This document shows, piece by piece, positions 16,590 through 26,435 of a DNA stretch of 64,000 bases. Below the pieces are notes generated by a model. The model had not been told where the DNA came from, did not search any database, and saw nothing but the letters and a program-made list of their open reading frames with translations. Origin of the DNA: a virus (Duplodnaviria; Caudoviricetes); IMG/VR virus record IMGVR_UViG_3300047508_000144, positions 1,751 through 65,750 of that record; one strand, given 5' to 3'. The stretch's first letter is position 1; every line of letters starts with the position of its first letter. The translations under genes were made by a program, and so were the position numbers.

Positions 16590-18319
16590 GTGACACGTCC
16601 GCACCCGACAAACCAACCCCGAAGAGCACACCGGTAACCTATCGGGTCATCGACCATCCGTGGTCTCCTAGCGAACCGACTGGTTCCGAAGAAGGTCTGA
16701 ACGTCGAGGGTCAGGAAGGATGGCAGCTGGTTGCTGTTTACCCAGACCCGCAGCGCGAGAAGACCCGTTGGATTTTCAGCGACGTCCCCACCGGCTCCGG
16801 CGGAGGAGGTGGCGGAGGAGGTATTCCCGAGGCTCCAGCCGATGGAGAGGTGTATGGACGAAAAGACGTTAGCTGGACCCCTATCACCTCAGGTGGCGGC
16901 ACCGCCGGCCCTCCCGGCCCAGCAGGCCCCGCCGGCCCTGCCGGCCCACCCGGAGTGGGTGGAGATAGTGGTCCCGTGGGGCCAGAAGGCCCCCAAGGTA
17001 GTCCAGGGCAAGATGGTCCTCCCGGCCCCGCGGGACCCGCAGGCCCTGCAGGAGAACCCGGGCCTGCCGGAACACCCGGTGTGCCCGGTGTACCTGGTGA
17101 AATGGGCCCGCCCGGCCCGGCCGGAGCGGATGGAACACCTGGCGGACCGCCCGGCCCCGCGGGAGCGGATGGCCCGCCCGGCCCGGCCGGACCCGCAGGC
17201 GCGGAGGGACCAGCAGGAGTGGCTGGTCCAGCAGGAGCGGCTGGCCCGGCAGGAGAAGCTGGCCCAGCAGGCCCCGCGGGAGCCGTTGGCCCCGCTGGCC
17301 CCGCTGGCCCACAGGGAGACGCTGGTCCCGCCGGAACAGTGGGCCCCGCGGGCCCCGCCGGTGATGTCGGCCCCGTTGGCCCCGCCGGTGATGTCGGCCC
17401 AGCAGGTCCAGCAGGTCCATCTGGACCACCTGGCCAAGATGGTGTCCCCGGAGCAGCTGGACCGGATGGTAGCCCTGGTCCAGCGGGCCCGGCGGGGTCC
17501 ATAGGACCCCAGGGCCCGGTAGGCGATCAAGGTCCTGCAGGCCCAGCAGGTTCGCAGGGCCCCACGGGCCCTGCGGGTCCGCAAGGACCGCAAGGCCCAC
17601 AAGGCATCGTGGGCGTGCCCGGACAGGCAGGCCCTGCCGGACCTGCCGGACCGGCAGGCCCAAGCGCAGTCAGCGCCAACGCTGGCAACCAAGCTGTTCT
17701 CGGGTCCGACAGTCTGATCTTCGTGCCGCATGACGCGGCCAAGTACGACGCTTCCAACCCGGTCGGCTACATCACCGCTGCCGCGGTGCCGGTCGGCTCC
17801 GGGTCTCTCCCTGCAATGGACGGCACCGCAGCCGCTGGAACCCAGTCTAGCTGGGCGCGCGGCGATCACGTTCATCCGACCGATACGAGCCGTGCACCGA
17901 TCAAGGGTGTCATCGACGCCAGCAATGCTGCCGCCGGCAACGTCGGCGAGCAGCTGTCGACCCAGATCACCACGGCGGTCAACCTGACGCTCAACACACC
18001 CGTCAACATCGGGCAGCTCGTGCTAACGCCCGGCGACTGGGTCGTGGGCGGCAACGTCAACTTCGTCTCGCCGGCTACGGCCGGAACGCGCTACGCTGTG
18101 GCGATCAGCAATACTTCGAACACCTTGCCGACGCCCGCACAACTCGCTGCGGGCACCGGCACGCTGTTCGATCAGTCGTTGACCTACGGCAAGGCGGCGC
18201 AGAACTTCAACACCAGCCTGTGCCGGTTCAATGTCTCTGTTAATACAACGGTGTACCTGGTAGCGCTCGGGCCGGCGACGACGGCGACCGGCTACATCTC
18301 AGCGCGAAGAGTACGATGA
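16586..18319 (+). CDS. Collagen-like fibre protein with foldon-like motif
   Basis: About 250 aa of G-X-Y repeats; [18 protein letters not shown]; [11 protein letters not shown] fibre motif; beta-rich C-terminal head. Confidence 0.88.
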   Translation: MSDTSAPDKPTPKSTPVTYRVIDHPWSPSEPTGSEEGLNVEGQEGWQLVAVYPDPQREKTRWIFSDVPTGSGGGGGGGGIPEAPADGEVYGRKDVSWTPITSGGGTAGPPGPAGPAGPAGPPGVGGDSGPVGPEGPQGSPGQDGPPGPAGPAGPAGEPGPAGTPGVPGVPGEMGPPGPAGADGTPGGPPGPAGADGPPGPAGPAGAEGPAGVAGPAGAAGPAGEAGPAGPAGAVGPAGPAGPQGDAGPAGTVGPAGPAGDVGPVGPAGDVGPAGPAGPSGPPGQDGVPGAAGPDGSPGPAGPAGSIGPQGPVGDQGPAGPAGSQGPTGPAGPQGPQGPQGIVGVPGQAGPAGPAGPAGPSAVSANAGNQAVLGSDSLIFVPHDAAKYDASNPVGYITAAAVPVGSGSLPAMDGTAAAGTQSSWARGDHVHPTDTSRAPIKGVIDASNAAAGNVGEQLSTQITTAVNLTLNTPVNIGQLVLTPGDWVVGGNVNFVSPATAGTRYAVAISNTSNTLPTPAQLAAGTGTLFDQSLTYGKAAQNFNTSLCRFNVSVNTTVYLVALGPATTATGYISARRVR

Positions 18320-18510
18320 CTTATGCGCCCATCATCTTCGAGCATCCGGACTACGGCACGCTGGTCGTGATCCAGATGGTCGACGACGAGAGCATGCTGA
18401 CAGATGATATCGAGCAGGCGACGTTCGTGCTGTGCCCGATGGTTAACGGCGGCATGCTGACCGCGTGCGCGTCGGAAGGTAAGCTTACGCGACTGAAGAG
18501 GCTGCACTGA
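18316..18510 (+). CDS. Hypothetical protein
   Basis: ATGA overlap with the fibre gene. Confidence 0.55.
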   Translation: MTYAPIIFEHPDYGTLVVIQMVDDESMLTDDIEQATFVLCPMVNGGMLTACASEGKLTRLKRLH

Positions 18511-18686
18511 TGCCCAGCGAAAGCAAGAAACAACGTGGCGCTATGTTCGCCGCCAAAGCCGGAAAATCTACCTTGGGTATCCCGCCGAGTGTCGGTAAAG
18601 ACTTCATCGAGGCCGACAAGAAAAAGAGCAAAACTGATCTCGCCAAGCTTCCTTTGCGCAAAGGCGCACCTCCAGCGAAGAAGTAG
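18510..18686 (+). CDS. Small basic protein, 58 aa, not in ORF track
   Basis: Own translation [32 protein letters not shown]...; TGATG coupling. Confidence 0.65.
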   Translation: MPSESKKQRGAMFAAKAGKSTLGIPPSVGKDFIEADKKKSKTDLAKLPLRKGAPPAKK

Positions 18687-18746
18687 GAACAAAGGCGGAA
18701 GCTGAACGAACAGGGAATCCAAAATACACTAAAGCAGGAGAACAAA

Positions 18747-18944
18747 ATGTCACCTAAGAATAACAAGGTCCCGACCGCGACAACTCCTGAAGACAACGGC
18801 TATTGCCCGCAAGGTGGCGAATACGATCCCTGCTATTCGGGCGATCTCAACGAGTTCGACAAGGAATTCGAGGAGCGTGATGCCCGCGTCGATGCTACAC
18901 GCTCCGAGTTCCACAAGACACCTGCGTCCAAGGGCATCGACTGA
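18747..18944 (+). CDS. Hypothetical protein
   Basis: AGGAG RBS. Confidence 0.6.
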   Translation: MSPKNNKVPTATTPEDNGYCPQGGEYDPCYSGDLNEFDKEFEERDARVDATRSEFHKTPASKGID

Positions 18945-18946
18945 TA

Positions 18947-19171
18947 ATGAACCCCGGCGTCACCGAGGAAGCTGGTGGCACGGCGCGCACGTTGATCCAG
19001 TCGCTTGCCTCGACACCGGTGATCCTGGCGTTGGTGGTGTTCAACCTGTTCTACATCGGCATGACGACCTACCTGCAGATCAAGCAGGGCGAGCGGTTCA
19101 CCGAGAACCAGGCGACGTGGGAGAAAATGACGGAGAGCGCGCTGGCGGCTTGCACCGAGAAGAAGCCATGA
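18947..19171 (+). CDS. Small membrane protein (holin-like candidate)
   Basis: One TM segment, charged C-terminus; paralog of 15877..16326. Confidence 0.6.
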   Translation: MNPGVTEEAGGTARTLIQSLASTPVILALVVFNLFYIGMTTYLQIKQGERFTENQATWEKMTESALAACTEKKP

Positions 19172-19172
19172 A

Positions 19173-19188
19173 GGTTTCACGTGAAACA
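19173..19188. promoter_or_regulatory. parS-like site GGTTTCACGTGAAACA
   Basis: 15/16 match to the bacterial parS consensus TGTTTCACGTGAAACA; fills the intergenic gap and overlaps the terL ATG. Confidence 0.7.
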
Positions 19189-20744
19189 TGCCAAGTATAA
19201 TCGACTATCGACCTGCCCCTACGGTGCGGGCGTTCATCAAAGACTATCGCTCTCAAGGGCTTTTTTACACGTGGATCGTGGGGCCTGTCGGCTCTGCCAA
19301 GACCACTGCGTTATTCTTCAAGCTGATCTACATGGCGATGAGGCAGCAGCCGTCCCCTGATGGGATCAGACGGACGAAGGCCGTCATCGTCCGTAACACG
19401 CTGCCGATGCTCAAGGACACCACGCTGGCCAGCTGGGAGTACTGGTTCAAGGACGGTGTCGCCGGCAGCTGGAGCGCCACCGACAAGATTTTTATCCTGA
19501 GGTATGGCGACGTCGAGTGCACCGTCCTCTTCCGTCCATTGGACACACCAGATGACGTGCGGCGCGTGCTCTCGCTCGAAATCAACTTCGCGATCATCGA
19601 CGAGTTCGTGGAAATCCCCAAGGCGATCGTCGATGCGCTGTCCGCGCGCCTAGGCAGATATCGCCAGCCGGACGGGACCCCCGTCACGATCTGGGGGATG
19701 TGGGGATCGTCCAACCCCGGTACGGAGGACGTCTGGTGGTACGATTATTTGCATGGTCCTGCTGTTCGCAGATACCGACGTCCGACTGGTGTTGCTGTTC
19801 CACAGCAGGTCCCGGATCAGATCGGTGCCGTGGCGATGTGGATCGGCGCCGCTCCCTCCCAGACGTCCATGGAACCAATTGCGTCCTACTACCACCAGCC
19901 CGGAGGGCTGTCGCCCGACGCCGAGAACCTGGAAAACCTCCCTGGTGGCAAACAGTACTACCTCGACGCGATCGCCGGTAAGAGCGAGGTCTGGGTCCGG
20001 CAGTTCGTCGACGCCGAGTGGGGCTTCTCGATCGCCGGCAAAGCGGTGGTTTCCGGCTTCCGCGCCGACTTGCACGTTGCCCTGCCTAACACCTTGCAGC
20101 CTAACCCTTATTTCCCATTGGTCGTTGGCCTCGACCCGGGGATCACCGGCTCGGCCATGATCGTCGGGCAGCAGGACTACGACGGTCGCGTCTACGTCTT
20201 CGCCGAACTGTGCCAGGAGGGCATGGGCGCGGAACGCCTCGTGCAGGAACGGCTGCAGCCGCTTCTCCGGAACCGGTTCCCGCAGGCCACACGCATCATC
20301 GTCGCGGCCGACCCGGCGGCATCATCTCGCACGCCGACCGATGAGCGCACGGTGGTGAAGATTTTTCGCCAGCACTACGACGTGGACGTGGAGACCAACA
20401 ACCGGCTGCCGTTGCGGCTGGATGCCATCGACCACTACACCAACACCCTCATCGAGGGGCGGCCGGCTCTCCAGATTGACCCCTCCTGTCAGATGCTGAT
20501 CCGCGCGCTCAAGGGCGGCTGGCGCTACTCCGCCGATCTCAAGCGCGAGACGCTCCGCGGCCACGAGCCCGAGAAGAACGCCTACTCTCATCCTGGGGAT
20601 GGATTTGGGTACATGTGCAGGTTCTTCTATCGTGACCGCCAGCGCGAGACACGTTATCGTCTACCCGTGGGCAGCCTCGCAGCTCGGCGCCAGGGCGCGC
20701 CATGGCTGCGCCAGCCGGATCGCAACAGCTATCATGTGAGATAG
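19188..20744 (+). CDS. terL: Terminase large subunit
   Basis: Walker A GPVGSAKT, VIVRNT, Walker B AIIDE, SSNP motif III, nuclease GLDPG...HPGDG. Confidence 0.93.
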   Translation: MPSIIDYRPAPTVRAFIKDYRSQGLFYTWIVGPVGSAKTTALFFKLIYMAMRQQPSPDGIRRTKAVIVRNTLPMLKDTTLASWEYWFKDGVAGSWSATDKIFILRYGDVECTVLFRPLDTPDDVRRVLSLEINFAIIDEFVEIPKAIVDALSARLGRYRQPDGTPVTIWGMWGSSNPGTEDVWWYDYLHGPAVRRYRRPTGVAVPQQVPDQIGAVAMWIGAAPSQTSMEPIASYYHQPGGLSPDAENLENLPGGKQYYLDAIAGKSEVWVRQFVDAEWGFSIAGKAVVSGFRADLHVALPNTLQPNPYFPLVVGLDPGITGSAMIVGQQDYDGRVYVFAELCQEGMGAERLVQERLQPLLRNRFPQATRIIVAADPAASSRTPTDERTVVKIFRQHYDVDVETNNRLPLRLDAIDHYTNTLIEGRPALQIDPSCQMLIRALKGGWRYSADLKRETLRGHEPEKNAYSHPGDGFGYMCRFFYRDRQRETRYRLPVGSLAARRQGAPWLRQPDRNSYHVR

Positions 20745-20745
20745 A

Positions 20746-23277
20746 ATGCCGATCGAGACTTCAGGGACGCCGCTGAATACGGCGAAGGCATATCCTGATC
20801 CGGCGCTCAAGCCGCCGGCTCTCGATATCCCTACGCCTACACCTACCAAGGAGGCGCCTGGTTCTGACTACACCGCTCCGATCAAGAAGATTTCCTCCGA
20901 GACGCTTCGCACGTTAGGTCAGCGCTTCAATCAGATATTCATGCAGTACATCAGTGATCGCCGCATCGTTGAGCTGCGGTGGCTTGCAAACCAAAGACAG
21001 TATCTCGGGCTGTACGATCCTGAAGTCGAGAAGGCTATGAGCCCTAATCGATCTAAGGCGTACCCCAAGATCACGCGAACAAAGTGCATTAGCGTGCTCG
21101 CGCGAATCATGAACCTGATGTTTCAGGGCAACGAGCGCAACTGGGAAATCCATGCTTCGCCGTGGCCGGACATCACCGTGAAAGAAGTTCGGGAGGCAAT
21201 CCAGCTGGCTCAAGAGAAGGATCAGATGGCGGGTGTACCCTCACCTGACCCGTCTGATTCGTTTGCCTTCAACGGCTATGTGATGACGGCGCTTGAGCGT
21301 TACGCTGATTTGCGCGCCGACAAATTAGGTACGCTGATTGACGACCAGCTTCAGGAGTTGGGCGGACATCAGGCGCTCGACTACGTTGCGCTTAATCGCG
21401 CAGTGATCCGCTCCGGTATAATGTACGGGCTTGGCGTCCTGCGCGGTCCGTTTGTGCGCAAGTCGGAGAGCGTGACGTGGAAGGTGATACAGCCTCCGGC
21501 AGGTATACCCACAGGGTTGTCCCCAGCGCAGCTTGGGGCGCCTGGTCCACCTAATCCGCCGGGATTACCCACAATGCGGGTGCCTGGCCAAGGGTTACCC
21601 ACATCGGGTGCGCAGCAAATGAACGGTGGTGTGCCGCCACAAATGAATGGTGCGCCACCTACACCGACGCCGATCGTCAAGCCGATCAAGCAAACAGTCT
21701 TCAAACCTTATTTCGAGTTTCTCCCGGTTTGGGATTTCTACCCTGATCTGAGCGCCAAGACGTTGACGGGCATGGACGGGTACTTCGTGCGCCTTGTCAT
21801 GAGCAAGACGCAGGTAAAAGAACTAAGTGGACGTCCTGATTTCTTTGCGAATGTCATCGACTCCTATCTCACGCGCTACCCCGTGGGGAATTATCGCGCG
21901 CAGCAGTTCGAGCAGGAGCTGCGGGCGATGGGTGTCAAGGTCAACGTCAACGAGATGAAAACGGAGACGATGAAGTATGAAGTCATAGTGTGGCATGGCT
22001 CAGTGGACGGCGCGCTGCTCCAGGAAGTCGGCGTCGAGGTTCCTGCAACCAAGCTCTCTGATTATATTGACGCGGAAATCTGGATGCTCGACGCCAACGT
22101 CATCGGCGCGCGGCTCAATCCCTGGGAAGAACTCGCCAAGGAGATGCCTTCGATACCGATACCGCGGATGATCCACACGTTCTTATTTGATGAGGACGAC
22201 ACCAGCCCAGTTGGTTTTGGTTTGCCGCAAGCGATACGCGACAGCCAGATGATGGTTGCCGCCGCGACACGCATGCTGCTCGATAACGCGAGCGTCGTGT
22301 GCGGCCCTAACCTGGAACTCAACACTGACTTGCTGCGTCTTGATCAGGACCTGTCTGCGATCGCTGCGTACAAGGTTTGGTATCGCGAAGGCTCCGGACC
22401 TGAAGCGCAGTGGCCGGCGGTGCGCAATATCCAGGTCGACGCCCACCTCGACAGTCTTCTGAAGATCGTGGAGCTTGGGTTGAAGTTTGCCGACAGCGAA
22501 ACCTTCGTCGGTCCGGCGACAGGCGGTGACACGGATAGGCAACCATCTGAGCCGCTACGTACCGCAGCGGGTGCCAGCATGCTCCGCGGCGAAGCGGCTC
22601 TACCTTTCAAAGATGTCATCCGGTCGTTCGATACTTTCACGCAAAGCGTCATCAACTCCATGGTGCTGTTCAACCGGGTATTTAATCCGGACCAGGCACC
22701 CGATGGCGACTACGACGTGGTCGCGCGCGGCGCGACCAGCCTCATGGCCAAGGAGCTTCGCGGCATGCAGGCTGATTCGTTGGTGCAGACGCTCAAGCCT
22801 GAACAGATGATTCACGTCGACGAGCGCAAGCTCACCGAGGCCCAGGTCAGGGCCAGGGACATGGACGACATCCTGGTGACCGAGGACGAAGCGAGCCGGC
22901 GCCAGCAGTCTCAGGCTCAGGCTCAGCAGGATCAGCAAGAGCAGCAGAAGAAGCTCCTGGAAGCCAACCTGCGCAAGATACTATCCGATGCATTCAAGAA
23001 CATCGCCCAAGGTCAAAAGAACACCGCCAATGCGGATGCGCAGCTGGTGGATACGGCGCTGGGCATTTTAGAGAAGGGTATGCAGGATGAGCTTGCAGGA
23101 ACCGCTGCCGCTGGAACCTCCCCCGCCCCAGCCCCCCAAGGCCCGCCAGCAGGAGGCGGACTTGCTGCGGCGCTTGCAACAGGCGCGCTCGGACCCGGTG
23201 CTGGCGGCGCTGCGCCAGCTCCTGTCGGTCCGCCTGAACCTATGCCAGAACCGCCTAGTCAAGGCATCCCTCAATGA
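20746..23277 (+). CDS. Portal protein
   Basis: Position after terL, size, YGLGVLRGP and WDFYPD motifs, helical C-terminus. Confidence 0.88.
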   Translation: MPIETSGTPLNTAKAYPDPALKPPALDIPTPTPTKEAPGSDYTAPIKKISSETLRTLGQRFNQIFMQYISDRRIVELRWLANQRQYLGLYDPEVEKAMSPNRSKAYPKITRTKCISVLARIMNLMFQGNERNWEIHASPWPDITVKEVREAIQLAQEKDQMAGVPSPDPSDSFAFNGYVMTALERYADLRADKLGTLIDDQLQELGGHQALDYVALNRAVIRSGIMYGLGVLRGPFVRKSESVTWKVIQPPAGIPTGLSPAQLGAPGPPNPPGLPTMRVPGQGLPTSGAQQMNGGVPPQMNGAPPTPTPIVKPIKQTVFKPYFEFLPVWDFYPDLSAKTLTGMDGYFVRLVMSKTQVKELSGRPDFFANVIDSYLTRYPVGNYRAQQFEQELRAMGVKVNVNEMKTETMKYEVIVWHGSVDGALLQEVGVEVPATKLSDYIDAEIWMLDANVIGARLNPWEELAKEMPSIPIPRMIHTFLFDEDDTSPVGFGLPQAIRDSQMMVAAATRMLLDNASVVCGPNLELNTDLLRLDQDLSAIAAYKVWYREGSGPEAQWPAVRNIQVDAHLDSLLKIVELGLKFADSETFVGPATGGDTDRQPSEPLRTAAGASMLRGEAALPFKDVIRSFDTFTQSVINSMVLFNRVFNPDQAPDGDYDVVARGATSLMAKELRGMQADSLVQTLKPEQMIHVDERKLTEAQVRARDMDDILVTEDEASRRQQSQAQAQQDQQEQQKKLLEANLRKILSDAFKNIAQGQKNTANADAQLVDTALGILEKGMQDELAGTAAAGTSPAPAPQGPPAGGGLAAALATGALGPGAGGAAPAPVGPPEPMPEPPSQGIPQ

Positions 23278-23359
23278 TGTAGCTTTATTGCAAGGTGAGG
23301 CACGTTTCATCGAGAAGCTGTTGTCTGATCTATCCGGTGAACGTACGACACCTGAGTAG
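23087..23359 (+). CDS. Small head-module protein overlapping the portal 3' end
   Basis: Amphipathic helical sequence with LQGEARFIEKLL; ends just before the scaffold RBS. Confidence 0.55.
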   Translation: MSLQEPLPLEPPPPQPPKARQQEADLLRRLQQARSDPVLAALRQLLSVRLNLCQNRLVKASLNDVALLQGEARFIEKLLSDLSGERTTPE

Positions 23360-23369
23360 GAGATGATCC

Positions 23370-24386
23370 ATGGCACGTGCTCCTCGTGCTGCCGCTACGG
23401 CGGCGCCTGTACCAGTTCCCGCACCTGCGGACGCAGCACCTGCGCCCGCACCTGCGCCAGCCCCTGCACCAGAGGCTCCGGTAGCGGCGTCTTCGGTACC
23501 TGCTGATTTATTCGATACAGCCTTCAGCGAAGCTATAGCTGCCGAGGTGGACGCAGGACCGACTGAGCCGGCTTCCGCTGCTGTTCCCAAGAAGCCGCCC
23601 GCGCCGGCTGAGCCGACGCCCGAGGCGGCATCAAAACCCGCCGAATCACCGGCGCCGGCTGCGGCTCAGCCGCCCGAGTCGCCGCCGGCAGAGCCGCCCG
23701 CGCCCGCGCCTGCGCCTACGCCGCAACCTCCGCCGCAGGCGGAGGCACAGCCGCAGCCTCCGCTCCAGCCGCAGCCACAGCCACAACCCCAGCAATATCA
23801 AGAACCGCCCCTTTTCAATGCTGAGGAAGTGACCCAGTTGCAGCAATTTTATACTGATTGGCCAGATGTTGCCCGGGCTACCGAGACGATGATCAAAGGC
23901 ATCATGACGCAAGCCACGCGGCGCATGTACGCGGACATGGCTGCGTCACTGGCGCCCTACCTGCAGACCGTCGACACCCTGGCGGACCGATCGCAGCTGT
24001 CTGAGCTGCAGGGGCAGGTACCCGACTATGAGACTGTCGTAAGTCAGCTGACTTCCTGGACGGCGAAACAACCTGCATATTTGCGCTCAGCTTATGAGCA
24101 TGTTATCAAATCAGGAACGGCGGCTGAGGTCGTCGACATGATCAACCGGTACAAGCAGGACATGCAGTCCACTACGCCAGCACATAGCGCAGTGCCGGGG
24201 ACTCAACCGGCGCCGGCTGCACCTGCCACTGCTGCTTCAGCTGCGCCGTCTCCGCCCGCACCTGTGAACCCTGCATTGGCTGCAGCCGCGGCGCGTCTCG
24301 CGCCGGTGAGCACCAAGCGGACCAACGTCGTCGCACCTCCAACTGACTTTGACAGTGCCTTCGCGGAGTTCGCTCGGGCGTCATAG
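23370..24386 (+). CDS. Putative capsid scaffolding protein
   Basis: Between portal and capsid; Pro/Ala-rich N-terminus, helical core, DFDSAFAEF C-terminus. Confidence 0.8.
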   Translation: MARAPRAAATAAPVPVPAPADAAPAPAPAPAPAPEAPVAASSVPADLFDTAFSEAIAAEVDAGPTEPASAAVPKKPPAPAEPTPEAASKPAESPAPAAAQPPESPPAEPPAPAPAPTPQPPPQAEAQPQPPLQPQPQPQPQQYQEPPLFNAEEVTQLQQFYTDWPDVARATETMIKGIMTQATRRMYADMAASLAPYLQTVDTLADRSQLSELQGQVPDYETVVSQLTSWTAKQPAYLRSAYEHVIKSGTAAEVVDMINRYKQDMQSTTPAHSAVPGTQPAPAAPATAASAAPSPPAPVNPALAAAAARLAPVSTKRTNVVAPPTDFDSAFAEFARAS

Positions 24387-24407
24387 CCTTAAGCCAGGAG
24401 TAGTTCC

Positions 24408-25475
24408 ATGCCTGCAGTTACAAGTTATGGCGATATCTCTCCTGCAGTAGCGGCCTATTCAGTCGTGCGGATGCTCAAGCGGGCGATGCCCTATCTGCAC
24501 ATTGAGAAGTTCGGCCAGACGTATCCCTTGCCGACCAATAGTACGCAGACCGCCAAATTCAGGCGCTACTTCCTGCAAGGCGCGACCGGCACGGCTGGTC
24601 CAAATGCCGGAGGTACCAACGGCGCCGGGCAACCGTTCTTCATCCCATTGGCGCTGACGCCCCTGGTTGAGGGCGTGACGCCCGCGGGCTCCATGCTGGC
24701 GAACCAGGATTACACGGTTCAATTATACCAATACGGCGATTACATCACGATTACTGACGTAATCGAAGACACCCACACCGATCCGGTGCTGCAGCAATCT
24801 ACTGACATACTTGGTGAACAGGCAGCGGTGACGGTGGAGACACTGCGGTTCAACGTACTCAAGGCGGGCACCAACGTCTGGTACCAGAACCTGGTTGCGG
24901 GGCGCGCGAACGTTGCCGGTGTCCTCAGTCTGACCGACCAGCGCCGGGTGTCGACCGGGCTTAACCGACAGAACGCCAAGAAGATTTCCCAGGTCGTGGC
25001 GTCCAACCCAGACTTCCAGACCAAGTCGGTGGAAGCTGCGTATTTCGGGCTCGTCCATCCTGATCTGGAGACCGACATTCGCAACATGACCGGCTTCATC
25101 CCGGTCGCCAGTTACGGACCGCACACCAGTCCGTTCGAGGGCGAGATCGGCTCGGTCGAGCAATGTCGCTACCTGTCTTCGACGGTGATCGCGCCATTCC
25201 CCAACGCGGGCGCTGCGACCAGCGGCGGGACGACCTACCGTTCGAGCAACGGCGTCAACTGGGATGTGTACCCTGTTCTGTACTTTGGCCGTGATGCCTT
25301 CGGTATGGTGCCGCTCAAGGGCAAGTCTTCGATGACGCCCATGGTGGTCAACCCCAAGCCGGCAGCGGGCGATCCGCTGGCGCAGCGCGGGACTGTTGGT
25401 TGGAAATTGTACCAAGGGACCGTGATCTTGCAGGATGCATTCATGGCCCGTCTGGAAGTCACCGCCACAGCGTAA
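24408..25475 (+). CDS. Major capsid protein (N4-gp56-like family)
   Basis: KFRRY, LVEGVTP, QYGDY..ITD, GEIGSVE, DPLAQRGTVGWK motifs. Confidence 0.93.
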   Translation: MPAVTSYGDISPAVAAYSVVRMLKRAMPYLHIEKFGQTYPLPTNSTQTAKFRRYFLQGATGTAGPNAGGTNGAGQPFFIPLALTPLVEGVTPAGSMLANQDYTVQLYQYGDYITITDVIEDTHTDPVLQQSTDILGEQAAVTVETLRFNVLKAGTNVWYQNLVAGRANVAGVLSLTDQRRVSTGLNRQNAKKISQVVASNPDFQTKSVEAAYFGLVHPDLETDIRNMTGFIPVASYGPHTSPFEGEIGSVEQCRYLSSTVIAPFPNAGAATSGGTTYRSSNGVNWDVYPVLYFGRDAFGMVPLKGKSSMTPMVVNPKPAAGDPLAQRGTVGWKLYQGTVILQDAFMARLEVTATA

Positions 25476-25517
25476 TTTTCCTGCTCTGCAGGAGATCGAG
25501 GTTAGAGGAGATTTCAG

Positions 25518-25991
25518 ATGGCTAAGTCTGATCCGCGCAGTGGCGAAACTCCGCAGAAGGTCGACCCTGCAACCCTGCCGTATGTGATTGCTCTTACACC
25601 TGAGCAGCACGAAGCTCGGCTTAGGCAAGCGGACGCACTAGCGGCGGCCAAGGACGCACCTCCTCGCCCGCAGATGGAGATGGGTGGCTCCGGGACTGCG
25701 AAGGCAAGCTTCAAGGACGCGGCTGATGGTGACGTCGCGATCACGTCAGCGGAGTGGTCTTCGACTGGCCCTGTAACGGTGGAGGCAGACAAAGACGACT
25801 CGACGAGTGCCAAGATAACCCCAACAGGGTTGGGGCCCGCGACCGTCACGGCGACCGTGCAAACTGCGAATGGTTCGGCGCAGGCATCTACTGATGTGAT
25901 GGTGATCGAAAAGATTGGCGCGCCGGTCGCAGGCACGATCGAGATTACGGTTCAGCCTCCGGCAGCGCCAGAAACTCCACCAGTGGCGTAG
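25518..25991 (+). CDS. Ig-like putative virion decoration protein
   Basis: Beta-rich EWSS...GPATVTAT pattern; follows the capsid gene. Confidence 0.55.
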   Translation: MAKSDPRSGETPQKVDPATLPYVIALTPEQHEARLRQADALAAAKDAPPRPQMEMGGSGTAKASFKDAADGDVAITSAEWSSTGPVTVEADKDDSTSAKITPTGLGPATVTATVQTANGSAQASTDVMVIEKIGAPVAGTIEITVQPPAAPETPPVA

Positions 25992-26022
25992 TTGAAACAT
26001 CGCGCGATCGTAGGAGTTCTCC

Positions 26023-26415
26023 ATGCCCACCCAGATCATTGATACCTCACTGCACCTTCCGGCTTTCCCGCCGGCTTACACCGGGCCGGGGAATCTGATC
26101 GGCAACCCTGTGCAGTCTGGCGACGACACATCTGGTGTCTTCGGTTACTTCACGAGCGCTGGCAACGCGGTGCAGATCAACTGCGGGTTCGCGCCGAATG
26201 AGGTTGAAGTCACCGATGTGACCGGCGTGTTGGTGTGGAAGTGGTCACGGGGCATGCCGGCGACTAACAGCGTCAAGACAGCGACCGGCGCTACGACGAT
26301 CGACACGACCAGCGGGATCACGGTCACCACCGACTTGGCCGGCAATGGTTACGTGACTCTATCAGCTGCGTTGGTCGGCACCGGCAAGGTGATCAACTAT
26401 CGCATTCAGGGCTGA
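26023..26415 (+). CDS. Putative virion structural protein
   Basis: AGGAG RBS, T/G-rich beta sequence, INCGFAP motif. Confidence 0.65.
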   Translation: MPTQIIDTSLHLPAFPPAYTGPGNLIGNPVQSGDDTSGVFGYFTSAGNAVQINCGFAPNEVEVTDVTGVLVWKWSRGMPATNSVKTATGATTIDTTSGITVTTDLAGNGYVTLSAALVGTGKVINYRIQG

Positions 26416-26435
26416 TTCGTGCGGAGGTCGAGAGC

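Noticed and set aside
16731-17875. Long alternative-frame and antisense ORFs over the collagen gene
   Set aside because: Expected shadow ORFs of GC-rich G-X-Y repeats lacking stop codons
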